A stretch of 64,000 nucleotides of DNA. Source: Podarcis muralis. Taxonomy: Eukaryota. Shown here piece by piece: positions 26,475 through 39,219 of the stretch. The notes beneath the pieces are model-generated. The model was not told the origin of the DNA and searched no databases. It worked only from the letters and a program-made list of their open reading frames with translations. The stretch covers positions 85,436,001 to 85,500,000 of the forward strand of contig NC_135657.1 of NCBI RefSeq assembly GCF_964188315.1, read 5' to 3'. The position numbers were made by a program, and so were the translations under genes. The stretch's first letter is position 1. Every line of letters begins with the position of its first letter.

Positions 26475-26714
26475 TAGGGTTGCCATATTTCAAAAAGTAA
26501 AAACCAGGACACCACAGAAGTTGTTGAACTTTTTTCCGACAAACCCCAAAGGGTGTTTTGTTTTTTTACAAAAACGCCCCCCAAAATGTAATTTTTCGAT
26601 TGACTTGCCTAAGATCCAGGACAAAGCACCGCCTTTCAGGAATCCCCCCGGATGTCAATTCCACCTTTGAAATCCTGGTAATGTCCGGGAAAATCCGGAA
26701 GTATGGCAGCCCTA
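26475..26714. mobile_element. hAT-like (TAGGG-ended) MITE
   Basis: TIR tagggttgccata / tatggcagcccta, flanked by the 7-bp direct repeat catcctt; a related inverted copy lies at 29032-29272. Confidence 0.8.
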
Positions 26715-26983
26715 CATCCTTACTTGCAACCAGTTCATGGTGTGAGATTAGCTGTCAGTCTCCTCAGTTTTACTGCGGAGGAACCAGAATTGGTTGCTTC
26801 TGCTTCTCAGTAGCTCTGGTGCCACCTAGTGTTTGCCTCCTTGCCATCTCCTTTACAAGTCCCAATGGGCACCAGCTTCCACTGAAAGGGTGTGGCTGGA
26901 GATGAGAGAATGCTTTGTTCCTCCACACCAGAGGAGGGTGTACTAGAATGGTCTGAATACAGGTATTTCTCTTTTATTTAAGT

Positions 26984-27211
26984 NNNNNNNNNNNNNNNNN
27001 NNNNNNNNNNNNNNNNNNNNNNNNNNNNNNNNNNNNNNNNNNNNNNNNNNNNNNNNNNNNNNNNNNNNNNNNNNNNNNNNNNNNNNNNNNNNNNNNNNNN
27101 NNNNNNNNNNNNNNNNNNNNNNNNNNNNNNNNNNNNNNNNNNNNNNNNNNNNNNNNNNNNNNNNNNNNNNNNNNNNNNNNNNNNNNNNNNNNNNNNNNNN
27201 NNNNNNNNNNN
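26984..27211. other. assembly gap (228 N)
   Basis: N run. Confidence 0.99.
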
Positions 27212-28819
27212 TCTACATAGAGTATATGTTTCAATGCAAATTTTTTCCATCAATTCTTTTTGCATTATGGAAAGAAAATATCTGGGACCACTGAAGAAAA
27301 AACATGTGACCAGAGAACTGAAAAGGATCCATTACGCGCCCCCCCCCACTTAATATGCAGCATCGTTGTACGCCACATTTGGTTACTTTTGACACAAAAC
27401 TGAAAGGTACTAAAGGGAATATTAATATAGGTATTAGGAAAGCAACATAGATGTAACTATATTTGCTGCCGTGCTTCAACTTGCATGCAAGGCATTGTTA
27501 GTCACATTCAGAGAAGATCCATTAAAATTAATGGACTTGACTAGCTTGGGCCCATTATTTTCAATGGTTCTACTTTGAGTAAAAATGAAAATTTGCATTA
27601 TGTTTTTAATCCAAAGATCAAAGAAATCCTAGCCAGACCTTTATTAGATAGTGCGTACATTTTTGTAATGGTATAGAGCTGAATGGCTTACTCATTAGAA
27701 GTCACCATGCCTTATCCACCCTGTTATTTTCCGCCCACCACAAAGTCTTTTTGAATCAGCAGCAGAAATCAAAATGACCAAATCAGTGGAGCTGTGAACA
27801 TTTCAAGATGCATACAGCGACAATCAAAAGATGCATGAATGCTTGGTGAACATTAGGAAATCTGTCACTAAATAGCAATCAGAAGTGACACATCTAAACA
27901 GAATAGGAATTCAGATGTTAGCTTCCTTTCAAGCATGAAACTTAAAAAAACTTTGATCCAATTTCTTTCCACAGGATTAAATGGATTAAAAGAAAGCAAA
28001 CCTGAAAAAAGGGATCCCTTTCTTGATAAAGGCAGAAGACAGGGGTCCCAAACACTTTTAAAAATAGTACCATTGTTTTCCCAGTCAAAATTCTAGCAAT
28101 TAAAAGAAAAACACCTATGGCTGAGCTGCAAGGAGGGAAGTCTCATGTACATTTTCACACCGCCCCCAAAGCATTTTCCCTTGGGGTTAACTGAAGGGTT
28201 GAAAGGGGCATGATCCATCTCCTTTGCCAAGCCAAATGGACTAATGCCCCTTGGTCATAAAATGCTCTTGTAAAGATAAAAATATGTGAGTAGTGGTGCA
28301 GATGAAAGGTATAATGGGGTAATAAAAAACAACACTGTGTTCTTCAGCATGTTGAAGTTTGAAACCCCTTGCCCCAAACCACCTCTAACTGTGCATAATT
28401 ACAGATGACCAGTTGCCTCGAAATATGAATGAGCATGAACATAGGTATGGGCATCCCATGGGAAGTAATTCACATCAGGATGCACATCTAGGATGCTCCA
28501 AGTATTTCCATGCTGTCATGAAACTGACACACAGCAAGACATGCAGGTCACTCCTGGCTGGTCTGTTTATTGAGCATTCATCCTGAGTTGTTTGTTGGGA
28601 GGTTAGATGAGAATGGATCAAGCAATTGCTATGTCATACTTTCCAATGCATTTGTCCTTCCTCTGTCAATTGGCGTGCCAAACGGCAAAACAATACATTG
28701 CTGTGGGGTTAGAGTAGGTTGCATCCTCCCAAACCCTGCTTTCATCTGAAAAACAACCATGAGTGAAATTTGGTGCAGCTCTCACAAACAAACCACAACA
28801 AAGTTCTGTTTGGCACAGA

Positions 28820-28820
<1 letters not shown>

Positions 28821-28857
<37 letters not shown>
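28821..28857. repeat. (CA)n microsatellite
   Basis: Direct read. Confidence 0.95.
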
Positions 28858-28859
<2 letters not shown>

Positions 28860-29031
28860 CTTCTTCTTCTTTTCAGCAGGGAAAAAAAAGTTTACAAGGC
28901 AGTTCCTACAACAGGGGTTTGGAACCCGTTTCAGCCCGAGGGCCACAAGAGTGATCTTCAGGCAGAGGCAAAGTGCCAAAGTTGGCAGAGCTATGGCTGC
29001 AACTCTTATGCTTGTACAGTAGGCTGTATTC

Positions 29032-29272
29032 TAGAGTTGCCATATGTCTAGAATTTCCCAGACATAACCGGGATTCAGCCTTTGTAAGCAGTGTCCGGGC
29101 AGAATTTGTTGAAATGCCTGGGGAAATCCCATGTTGGAAGTGTAGATTTTGGTGAATTTCCTTTAAAATAGCTGAAAAAAACTTATTTTGGGGGGAGGGG
29201 GCAGGAACTGGGGGAAAAAAGCTTAAGAACTTTTGTGTCCAGATTTTCACTTTTTGAAATATGGCAACCCTA
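29032..29272. mobile_element. hAT-like (TAGGG-ended) MITE, second copy
   Basis: tagagttgccata ... tatggcaacccta; tgtccagattttcactttttgaaatatggcaacc is similar to the reverse complement of the left end of 26475-26714. No clear target duplication. Confidence 0.7.
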
Positions 29273-30180
29273 CTCCAGCTATGAAAAAGCCGGGGTTGCT
29301 ACATCTCCATTGATCCATCCCGGCAAGCAAAAGGCAATGTCACGGTTCAGAGACCTTATTCCATCCCGGCCAAAGCACTCAAGGAGGGGGTGGCCTGTGA
29401 CAGGGGTGTGGCCTGGGCAGTGTCTCAAGGGTCAAACAGATGGGTCTGGATCTAAAAAGATATTCCACAAAAGGCAAACAGTTTGGGAGGGAGGAGGAAG
29501 TAAACCAATGCAGCTTCAAGTTCTTTGTTACAAGTTCTTCTGATGACCAGAAGGGGTGGAAAAGTTCTTCCTAGAAAACATATCCTTTTCGCCATACCAT
29601 CGGAGTGGACCTCCATTCCTTCTCTTCCCTAATTATGATGTCATTAAACTGTAATGAAGGTGCCCGTATAACCAAACACTACGAAAAAGCCCTTCTTCAG
29701 AGCTTCACAGACTATACACCAGTGAATTTTTTTGTACGGGAATAGTTAGGACCATAGGCACCAGCTTGTGAGAGTGATGGGGGGGGGCGGAATGTTGCAC
29801 ATGTGACATTGTGATGTCTGCACATCACACGTGAGCATCATGCCTCCCTCCCTAAGCCAGGCAGAAGCTTCCCAGGCTTTGGGAAGGAGGCACCAGGGAA
29901 ACATTTAGGGGACTTTCCTAGTTCCCCTAGTCCACTGACCGTGCATGCCAGTATAATTCCACTCAGGCAAATTTTCTTTGGATTACTCCCCCTAACAGGG
30001 GAAAATATTTCAAAGTTGTACCTGACTTCTAATCAGAATGCTGGCAAATTTAATCAATAGGGTATAATTTTCTCCATCCATTTCTAGGACAAGAATATCA
30101 ACAGAGACCACCAATGCAGAAACTTAGGTCCATGTAGCTTGTAGAGAGTAATTGTTTTGATGAATTGAGGATATATATAT

Positions 30181-31048
30181 AGAATGCCGTCAAAAAAGAA
30201 GAAAAAACTTCCTCTCTCTTCCAACACATGAAAGAAACAGGACACGAAATTAATTTTGCAGATTCCAAATTGCTCTCTAACATGGAACATCACCACAAGA
30301 GAATAATCATGGAAGCCATCGAGATAGAGAAACACCCTCACAACATGAACAAGCGTGACGACACATCCCGCTTGCCAGACATCTGGAAATTAGCCCTCCC
30401 CACAAAAACTGACACCAGATCCAGAGGCACACAGAACGCCATCACCAATCAACCACACCAGACCCAAACCCAGACCCTCTCCACAGATAAATTACAGACA
30501 CCATCCAGTAGCCAAACCATGGTGGCACCTCCGGATGCTGCACCCCCCTGCAATCCCTACACAGATCTGGCTGGCACAGGCCACAAAACCACAGCTCGCC
30601 CCTATACACGAAGCCAAGCCAGAGCACAACTAAATGTAGTACACCCATCTTCTCAGAAAAACTCTTCACAAAGTTCAAGAGGTCAAGACACAAAGGCTTT
30701 AGCAACTAATCCACACCTAATGACCCACCTAAGTGGTACTCAGGATATCACTCAAGAAATCACTCAAGATATCCCTCAAGCAATTAAGGAACAAAAGAAG
30801 AAAAGGCACACTAGCCTGGGAACTTCCTCTCTGCCCAGAACATAGGAGGCCACACCTCCTCAACAGTATTTATAGGAACTCAAACACTGAGATCCTGCTC
30901 TGTTCCAGTAACAAGAAGCCGAAAGCACCAGCCTGAAGATGACGAGTGAGACCTCGTCGAAACGTCGCCTAGACACCCCAACTTTTACACGGGAAGATAC
31001 CCGAGGACACCAAAACCTGCATTCCTGTACCCGTGAAAATCTACGAAA

Positions 31049-31050
<2 letters not shown>
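30181..31050 (+). mobile_element. Penelope-like element (Poseidon-type), 5'-truncated, GIY-YIG C-terminus plus pseudo-LTR
   Basis: ORF 30183-30845 reads SSLFQHMKETGHEINFADSKLL...KRIIMEAIEIEKHPHNMNKRDD...IWKLAL (PLE endonuclease end); hammerhead motif near the 3' end; (AT)n on both flanks. Confidence 0.88.
30931..30970 (+). ncRNA. minimal type-I hammerhead ribozyme motif of the Penelope pseudo-LTR
   Basis: CUGAAGA (30933-30939), stem II GACGAG/CUCGUC, GAAA, palindromic ACGU stem III, GUC cleavage triplet; stem I short and imperfect. Confidence 0.7.

Positions 31051-31090
<40 letters not shown>
31051..31090. repeat. (AT)20 microsatellite
   Basis: Direct read. Confidence 0.95.
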
Positions 31091-31094
<4 letters not shown>

Positions 31095-34000
31095 TTGTTC
31101 GACCCTTTGGCTGTTTTACAGAGGGAGAACACACACAGTAGACAAAACCTAATATATAGCAACCAAGTTTTAAAGCACCAGCGAGTTTTAAAAATCCCCA
31201 TGTCTTTTATGACATATTGTAAAAGTATTTCCTTCCTGTTGGTTTTAGACATGATAAAAAAAGCCTCTCATGTACTGTCTTGTGGCTTCCTTGCGCTACT
31301 CACATCTGCTTTGGAACATTAAATGCAACCAAACAGCTCATGAAAGCACTTCTTAATATTTAAATGAGACAGAAAGGGAAACCTTTTGGAGCTATGAAGG
31401 GAAGATGCTGTCCAAGTAAGCGTAGACTTGGTGCTCTGCTTTTAAAAATGGTAGTTATCAAGATGTCAGTGGGTTGGTGGGACAAATAAATGTCAAAAGG
31501 CGAGACATTCAGATGGACACTGGAGGATACTCTCTTGATTATTTCTGCTTTGTTCAAATCATGTTTACTTGTCAGGAATCGTATCTCCCTTGTCACCCAG
31601 AGTCCTCTTGGTACCTTGGAACTGAAGGCAGATTTTAGTAGTCTTACGGAGCAATCTTATGCCTCTCTACCCAGAAGAAAACCCCATGATTTTGCAGACC
31701 ATAGTTCACCTCCACACGAACAATGTTCACCTCATTCCCAACATGGGGCCCACCAGAGAGTGAGACCTGTTCCTAAGCACGACTCTGCCACCACATTGTA
31801 GCATCTAGTCCCATAACACCAGCGAGTCATATGTTTTGGATTGTGATTTTGCATAGCCTCAGGTTATTAAAACAAATACCACAGCACAGTGTCCAGTCAA
31901 CATTTCAGTGAAAAAACATTTATTTTTAGAATATTAACTACAGAATAGAAGGCATTTCAAATGCCACATGTAACAGATTACTTGCATTAAATTGTCAATT
32001 TTAATAACTCTTTTCAGTACTTTACTTCACCCTGTAGCTTGCAAAAGCAGTTTATAATCCCCTTAAGAGAGAGGCAAGGGAGTACTTAACACCTAAATAT
32101 TGCAGAAAATAAGTTCTGTTACTTGAGGCAGGTAAAACAGACTCTCTCATTTTTCAAAAGAGCTTTGGCTTTTTAATTAAGGCACTTTACTTAGTTTGTT
32201 CTTTCTTTTTTTAGAGTGTCATGCATTTTCTGATCACTGTAAAAAGGTCAATGTGCATATTGCTCAAGATAGACATTGCTGACAGATATCACTATTTCAT
32301 GTCCAAATCTTGATTTTAATAGTGATGTTGCATAGGTTCTCTGGCAATTAGATGGCTTTAAAAGAGGACGTCTATCAACCGCTAACAAGAACAGTGTTTA
32401 ATCTATCAGATTTATTGAAACCAAATACTTTTACAAGTTCCTTCATAAATCTAGGTCAAGTCATGAGAGCCCTACCTTATTTCCCATAAACTAGTCATTT
32501 TATTGCAGGCAAAATGGCAGATTGAACAAGAACTCCATCTCATCAGCTCTCTACATACAAATGAAACTGGAAAAAAAAATTATACAGAATCTGATTTCGT
32601 ATATGGATATTATATCTATGGAATGCTTCACCATAAATCAAAATCTCCTGAAATATGGCTGGCAACAGAATTGCCTGCCTTTCAGCTAAAATTTCACCCC
32701 ATCCACTACGCCTTGGATGGGGTAAGAGATCATTCAGCTGCTGATAAGGCCAAGGAGTAGATATATGGTTTGATACCTTATTGGTTATTATTGTGCCGTG
32801 ATTTTACTTTTACGTTACCTATACTGTGAACATTTATTTGATGGAGGTTAGGATAGGGATATTATAAGAGCGTGAGCAATGGGGGTGGGCAGGGCGGTTG
32901 ATCAAATTTCTGACAGCGTGGCAACAATGTAGGTGGCTCCACACCACTGTCACCTTGCCCCAGGGACCATCAGCACTGCCATGGGAAGCTGTCATGTTGC
33001 CACTGGCATTGTTCAGCAAATCCTCCAGAGCTCTCCTTCATTTGGCCTTACTTAAGGCCAAAAAACTGACACTGAGGGCAAACACCTGCCATGCCCTCCC
33101 ACTTCCTCAAGGACAAGAAGCTTACCATGAAGCAAGGGATGGGGAAAGGGAGAGGTGGCTCCCCTCTTAGGCCCCAGCAAAGGAGGACTTGGACTACAAA
33201 TCCCATAATCCTGGATAGAAAAAAATGGCACTCTATGAACCCCCATAGTCCCTTTGCACAGGCAAACTAGCATGCAGAATATCAGTTTTCTGCTGCGGGT
33301 TTTAGGACATATCATCCTCAACAAGAATGACACTCTGCCTACAACTGCCTCTACTTTCCCCTGTACTGGAATAAGGTTCTTGGCCTTAGGTTGTGGGTTG
33401 CTCCCTCTGAATCAAGCAAGCACATTCCTATTCACCCCAATTTATGATCAGGGTTGTTCTGCTCACAAGCATCTAAATAGGAGTGGTAACCTATAGGAAC
33501 ATCCCCTTCATAGAATCGTTGAATTGTAGAGTTGGAAAAGACCCCCCAGGTCCAACCTCTTGCAATGCAGGAATCTCAACATGGAAACAGATTTGTAGAG
33601 TTGGAACAGGACTATCCATTCTTAATAAACAAGGAAGGGGTGCATTGCTTGGAACCCATCACCTCTCACTAAATTCAGGGGTTTCTCACCACAAAACAGG
33701 TTTTCAGTGCATGCTAATTTCCATTTCCACATGTCCAGAACACTTTCTACCTCCTCCTCCTCCAAGTCTGCAAATGAGGAAAGGCGAACTAATTAGACAT
33801 TTTTAGGGTGTCGGTATATTAAGATCCAGCTTTCTGTTTAGTGCAGATGATATAAATTCAGCTATTGTTCGCTATTAAGAAATGCATGGCAATACTCTGT
33901 GCCTAATGGCTCAATTGAATTGCTTTCAATTAAACCCTAGAGCTAATAATTATCATTTTCTAAAATCTACACACACAAAAAGGTGCTCTAATATGTCAGT

Positions 34001-35614
34001 TCTATATTCGAGGTCTCTCTTCCCAAAGCATTTCTGTGAATTTTGACCAGGTTGGGCCACATATTGAATACAGACCTTAGCAAGATGTGAACTGTGAAGG
34101 GTGAATTGGATTGAGGGTAAGATGGTCCTGACTTATCACTGAGATCAGCTGGGTCTCCTCCCCCACCCATTATACAGTACACTTCCCCAACCTGGTGCCC
34201 CACATGTTTTGGAGTACAGCTCCCTTCAGTCTGAGCGAGCAGAGTAGTTGATTGGCTGGTAGCTTTTTTATTCAAAAACATCTGGAGTCACCAAGCTGGA
34301 GAAACTGTGTGTGTGGAGAAAGAGGGGGGGGGGCATATTCTGTCACTCTTCATGATTCAGCACTTCCAGCATGCTGGAAAAAGAATTATTATTTACTTAA
34401 CATTGGACCTTGTTTGCTGATTTTATTCTGAATACAGCACTTCCATTAAGAGAAAAAATTATTCACACATTGTTTTCTGTCTGACTGCCATCTCAGATGC
34501 TACTTCTACCATGAACATTAGCAGCTTCGATGCCAAGATGTTGTTCCAATAGAGCGAAGGAAAGTGTTTTCCACCAGCTCCTTCCATTGGCACTCGCCAC
34601 AACACCCCCAAACTATTACCAACGGTATTCCAATTTTCAGGTCTACAGGAGGTTTCAGGGGGAATGTTCCATTTACAGAATGGAACTTGGGAGCTGAAGC
34701 CAATAATAATAATTTCACTTTAGAGAAGAATGCAAATGGGTGTTATTCTTCTCCCATATTCCAAGTGAAACAGCAAATTTTGAAATATCCATCTGGTTTG
34801 GTGCCTTCTCACCTTATTCTGGTTTTTGTACCTTTTAAAATTCTGTTATGGTTTAATTACTTTTTAGCTATTATATTATATTTGTTTTTAGCCTTCCATA
34901 TTTTATCTGTGTTGTTTTAATTTATGTAAGCCACCTTGAGTCCCAGTCTGGGGGGAAAGTGGGATATAAATGATGATGATTATGACTATTATTATACCTG
35001 ATGGAATATAAATACTGATATCCCTGGCAGACACATATACACAAGGCTGCGCTGCAAAACACTTTAGTGAGACATGAACGAAAGTGCCTGCAACAATGCC
35101 AGTTCTGGCTGTTATCAGAAGATACAGCCAGCAATTAGAATCGGATCAGAAGGAACTCTTTTGAACTATCACTAAAATAGTCATGATTTGCTTATACGTG
35201 AGCGCCTGAAGCTTCAGTTGCAATGGGACTGAATTAGCTTGCTAGAGGATAGTTTGCTCATTAAGTTTGTTTTAAAAGACTTCTGTAACATCACCCTGAC
35301 CTCTGCATTGTTAACTGAGTGGGTAGAAAATCCACACGAGATGTGGCTGAACTTATTAACTCTGTGATAGTTTGGGTTTTTCCCTTACTGAATGAGAACA
35401 AATGAGGGCAATCTTAGCTTGAATGGATGGGGGATAGAGAGGTGGACTGAGGAATGCTAAGCATGTTTATGAAATTCTCCCTATTTTAATTTCTCCCCAG
35501 ATTTTGGAGCTCCTGAGTTTAGCTCATGTTGTTTGTGGATCAGCACAATGAGTTACTAGCCACCCACTATTGTTCTGGGGTTCTTTTATTTATTTATTTA
35601 TTTTTATGGCCTTT

Positions 35615-36190
35615 TTAATATGTTAAAGATGCAGCACAGATGGTACCTCACCCCCTCAAGACTATCGAAGATGTATAAAAATACTTGTTGGAGGTGTGGT
35701 GGGAGTAATCGCGACATGTATCATATGTTGTGCTCATGTAGGAAGATCAAAGTGTTCTGGGGCTTAATTTACGAGGAGTTGAAAAAAATGTTTGGAATAA
35801 CTTTTTTAAGAAGACCAGAGGACATCCTGAAGGCCTTTAGGGAGGTATTCTTATATGCAACGGCCGCAGCTTGGACTATTGATATAGGAATGTATTAGAT
35901 AAAATGTAACGAAATATACAATAATAAGAGTACATTCATTTGTGAAAAAGGAATATACAACGGGATAGACAGGAAGTCTAGTGTGTATATGATTTGGGGA
36001 GGGATTTGTTTTTGTTTTTTGTTTCATTTTCTTTCTAGGTATATAAAATTTGTATATAATTTTTGTATCCATGTTGGAAATTATATTATAGTAAGTCCTG
36101 TAATGTAATATGACAACGTTTACCGATGTAATATAAGAATGTTAACAAATAAATAAAATGCTAATTCAAAAAGAAAAGAAAAAGAAAAGT
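35615..36190 (+). mobile_element. L1-clade LINE 3' fragment
   Basis: KMQHRWYLTPSRLSKMYKNTCWRCGGSNRDMYHMLCSCRKIKVFW matches the L1 ORF2 Cys-rich C-terminal domain; AATAAA and A-rich tail at about 36150-36190. Confidence 0.85.
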
Positions 36191-36897
36191 GATGCTGCAT
36201 AAATCTAACAGGACCCAGTACAGAATACAAACCTAGAATTACAGAATCGTGGAACTGGGGGCCACACCAAGGCCATCTAGCCCAACCCCCTGCAATGCAG
36301 GAATCACAGTTGAAGAGTCCCTGACAGATGCCCCCCCCCCAACTTGCTCTGCTTCAGGACCCTTTGCCTATTGCTTCATTACAGAGGCCATAATTTTGCT
36401 TCCTCTCATATTCAAGATTTTTGTACTTGCATTATTGTATATAAAACAGGGACCTTCTGTATTGTCTTCTAAATGGAGAAATTGATTGTTGGTCCTGTGG
36501 AGAAGTTAGCTTGCTTGTTTTCAGGGTAAATGACTTAAGAGGAATATTCATAGGAAACTGCCTTGGACAGAGTCAGACATTGACCCATCCACCTCAGCAC
36601 TGTCTAAACTGACCGGGTTTCAGACAGGGGACATTCTCTGCCCCAGCTGGAGATGTAATCCAGGATTATCTATGAGGATGATGATAATGCAAAGCAGATT
36701 GTCTAATCCTGTACTATGGACACCCCTAGACTTGGGAGTCTTTTACTGCATTTCAAGGGATGTTGGGATTGTCTCCTTTTGGAAATGGGGCTGCATGAAG
36801 AATGATCCAATATAGAAACATGAACTCCAAAAGAGAAGATTCGCCTGCAGACGGAACAGCAGGTGCTTCAAAGTTCTTAAAAAACATGGGGGGGGGG

Positions 36898-37000
36898 AAT
36901 GTGGGTGGGTTGCCATGGTAACAATGGCTTGCCCTCCTTTGTGACAGGGTCAATGTGGGTGGGTTGCCATCGTAACAATGGTCTGCCCTCCTTTGTGACA
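36898..37000 (+). promoter_or_regulatory. 54-bp tandem duplication carrying two RFX X-box motifs
   Basis: gttgccatggtaac (36909-36922) and gttgccatcgtaac (36963-36976) fit the GTTGCCATGGYAAC X-box consensus; TATA-like ttaaaa at 37016-37021. Confidence 0.55.
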
Positions 37001-37153
37001 TCTTCTGCTTCTCCCTTAAAAGCCACCAACTACAGGTGTCCAACGTGGAGTTAGTGAGGAGAGAGGTGTGTAGGTGCAGTTGGTGGTAAGAGAGAAAGCA
37101 GAGGATTTGAATTTTTTTCTGATTTTTCTGAGGAGGTGGAGCCAGAATCAACC

Positions 37154-37423
37154 ATGCGGTCCGTTCCAGACCTTCAGGAAGAAGGAAGGTTCAGTGGACT
37201 TTTCCTTCGTGGAACAGAGTGGCTCAGACGACTGAGAAGCGCAATGCAGCTCAAAAAGAGCAACAAGGTGGCCCCGCTCCAGCACAAGGAGCAGCCTCCT
37301 GTGGCACCACTTGTGACAAAGCTCTTCAAGAGCTTTCCAGAGCTCGAGAAGACAATAGCCCGAAACCGGGCCCGTATTAGACCAGCACCTGAAGACGACA
37401 TAATTATAGAAGATCTGGAATGA
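37154..37423 (+). CDS. 89-aa hypothetical small protein (MRSVPDLQEEGRFSGLFLRGTEWLRRLRSAMQLKKSNKVAPL...DDIIIEDLE)
   Basis: aaccATG context, uninterrupted frame, upstream X-boxes and TATA-like box, AATAAA at 38061-38066. No homology recognised; may be element-borne. Confidence 0.4.
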   Translation: MRSVPDLQEEGRFSGLFLRGTEWLRRLRSAMQLKKSNKVAPLQHKEQPPVAPLVTKLFKSFPELEKTIARNRARIRPAPEDDIIIEDLE

Positions 37424-37481
37424 GCGTCCGGCGTGACGGGAAGGCTTTGGAAGAGTTAAAAGGGAGTAAGGGAAGAACGAG

Positions 37482-37892
37482 GGCAATGAGATCAAGGTAA
37501 CCCTCCAGCCTCTCCTGAGCTGCAGAGGCTCAGGGCAGAGAGACAAAGGGAACTAAGTTCCCGCAGGAGGAGTGCTCGCCTCCAGGCCAGGAGAGGCGAG
37601 TCACCAGAGGATCGTGGCCGCCCTATGCCTCAGGGCAGATAAAAGCCGGCCAGCCCCAGTCCCAAGTTGCGGGAGCAACATTGTTGGTTGCTAGTTCCTG
37701 CCTGAACCTGTCCTGCTTTCCTGCCTGAGCTCCTGACCCGCCCTGGCTCCCTGCTTGCAAGCCTGTTCCTGACTTCACCTGACTCCCTGCCCTGCACTCA
37801 GCTTCAACTACTACGGACTGCCTCCACGTTGCACCTTTGACCATGGACCGGACTTGGACCTCGCCTCTCGGGTAACCCACGGGACCAGCACA
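37482..37892 (+). mobile_element. solo LTR, RRSARL family copy 3 (short, divergent)
   Basis: Ends gggaccagcaca like the other copies; encodes NPPASPELQRLRAERQRELSSRRRSARLQARRG; flanked by the 5-bp repeat acgag (37477-37481, 37893-37897). The 5' end lacks TG, so the left boundary is tentative. Confidence 0.75.
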
Positions 37893-38644
37893 ACGAGGAA
37901 GGAGGGAGAAAGGATTGAAGAGAAGTGAAAATGGGGACAAAAGGCTGACTACTGACTCACCCTTACTGTGCGAGGAAGAAACCAGAAGCAATGAAAAAAA
38001 TTAGGCCTTTTGAGGATGATGTCTATTTCTTTTTGTGTATCTTGTTGGTGTGTAAGCATAAATAAAGCAAAAGCAATATGTTTGTCGGGCTGTTGGGTGT
38101 TTTTTTTTTGTATTCTCATTTTATATTGTTACGTTGTGAACTGCCCTGTGATCTTTGGATGAAGGGCGGTATATTTATTTAATTTATTTTAAAGATTTTG
38201 TTCAGTTTAGTTATTTCCCACTCACCAATGCACAGGAGCATTATATTGTGGTTCGAGGGCCCGACCCCCGCAAAGTGAAATGAAGACACAAGGACACGTG
38301 ATATAAGGTTAATGGGCTAGAAAAGGCCACAACTTTATTGATTACAGCAATGAAAAGGTATTGGCTTAGGCATTGGATCGAAACAAGTGGGTTTATTCAC
38401 CAGGGGTTCATCACCTGTTGATGCTAATCCAACTATAGGCTCACCCCTGCTGTCACCGAGGGTCGTGCCATGGCCTCCCGCCAAGCAGGCATCGGACAGA
38501 ATACACGACCGCCAGATTCCTTTAACGGAATACCCCTAAAAATTGAAGGCATAGGCGATGGCCACACCTAGCACTTCAACACACCACAACACATTATTCC
38601 AATGCCTAACCGCCACCCGAGCCAAAGGCTCGCTGCCAATACCC

Positions 38645-39169
38645 TCAAAGCTGCAACCAATCCCAGATGCTTTTGCTGACACTAGCTAACCAAATGTCGT
38701 TCCCCAGATCCGATAAGTGGACGCCGTCATTCCGGTATAAAGCTTGGTCGCCGATCCGGATACGGTCATGATAAATGACTCGGCCATACATAAAGCGCAC
38801 CCAACGGGCTACCGCCCGATTTACGAGTTTCCTGGTTCTTTCAATGGCCATACAGCTTTGCGCACCGCGCCAAACAGTTCTTTTCAAGAAGGAGGACCAG
38901 AACACCGTTGTTCTGGGACACAAGGCTGCAAATGCATTCAAGTCTCTCCACAACAAGTCCACACTCCTTCTGTTAGCGAGGTCATTCTCCCCCAAATGAA
39001 TTACAAGGATGTCGGGAGGGCCGAACTTGGCTACTTTCTCACACAGCAATGGCATAAGCTGCTCCCAACGCATGCCTCTTCTCGAAAACCAGGAAATTCG
39101 AACACCATGTGGAAGGCCAAGATTGAACTATACTGTGGCTGCAAATCTACACGCTTCTCCTGAGCATAG
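38645..39169 (-). pseudogene. SGNH/GDSL hydrolase of the YR element, disrupted at the N-terminus
   Basis: Block I remnant V*ICSHSIV (TAG in place of W), then a frameshift into WFSRRGMRWEQL, block III HLGENDL and block V DGVHLS. Confidence 0.88.
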
Positions 39170-39219
39170 CTGGGGGTAAAAGACAGAAAAGAAAAGGCAG
39201 ATAAGTAGGGTAAAGCTGC

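Noticed and set aside
25187-27265. ORFs containing X runs
   Set aside because: Artefacts of the two N gaps.
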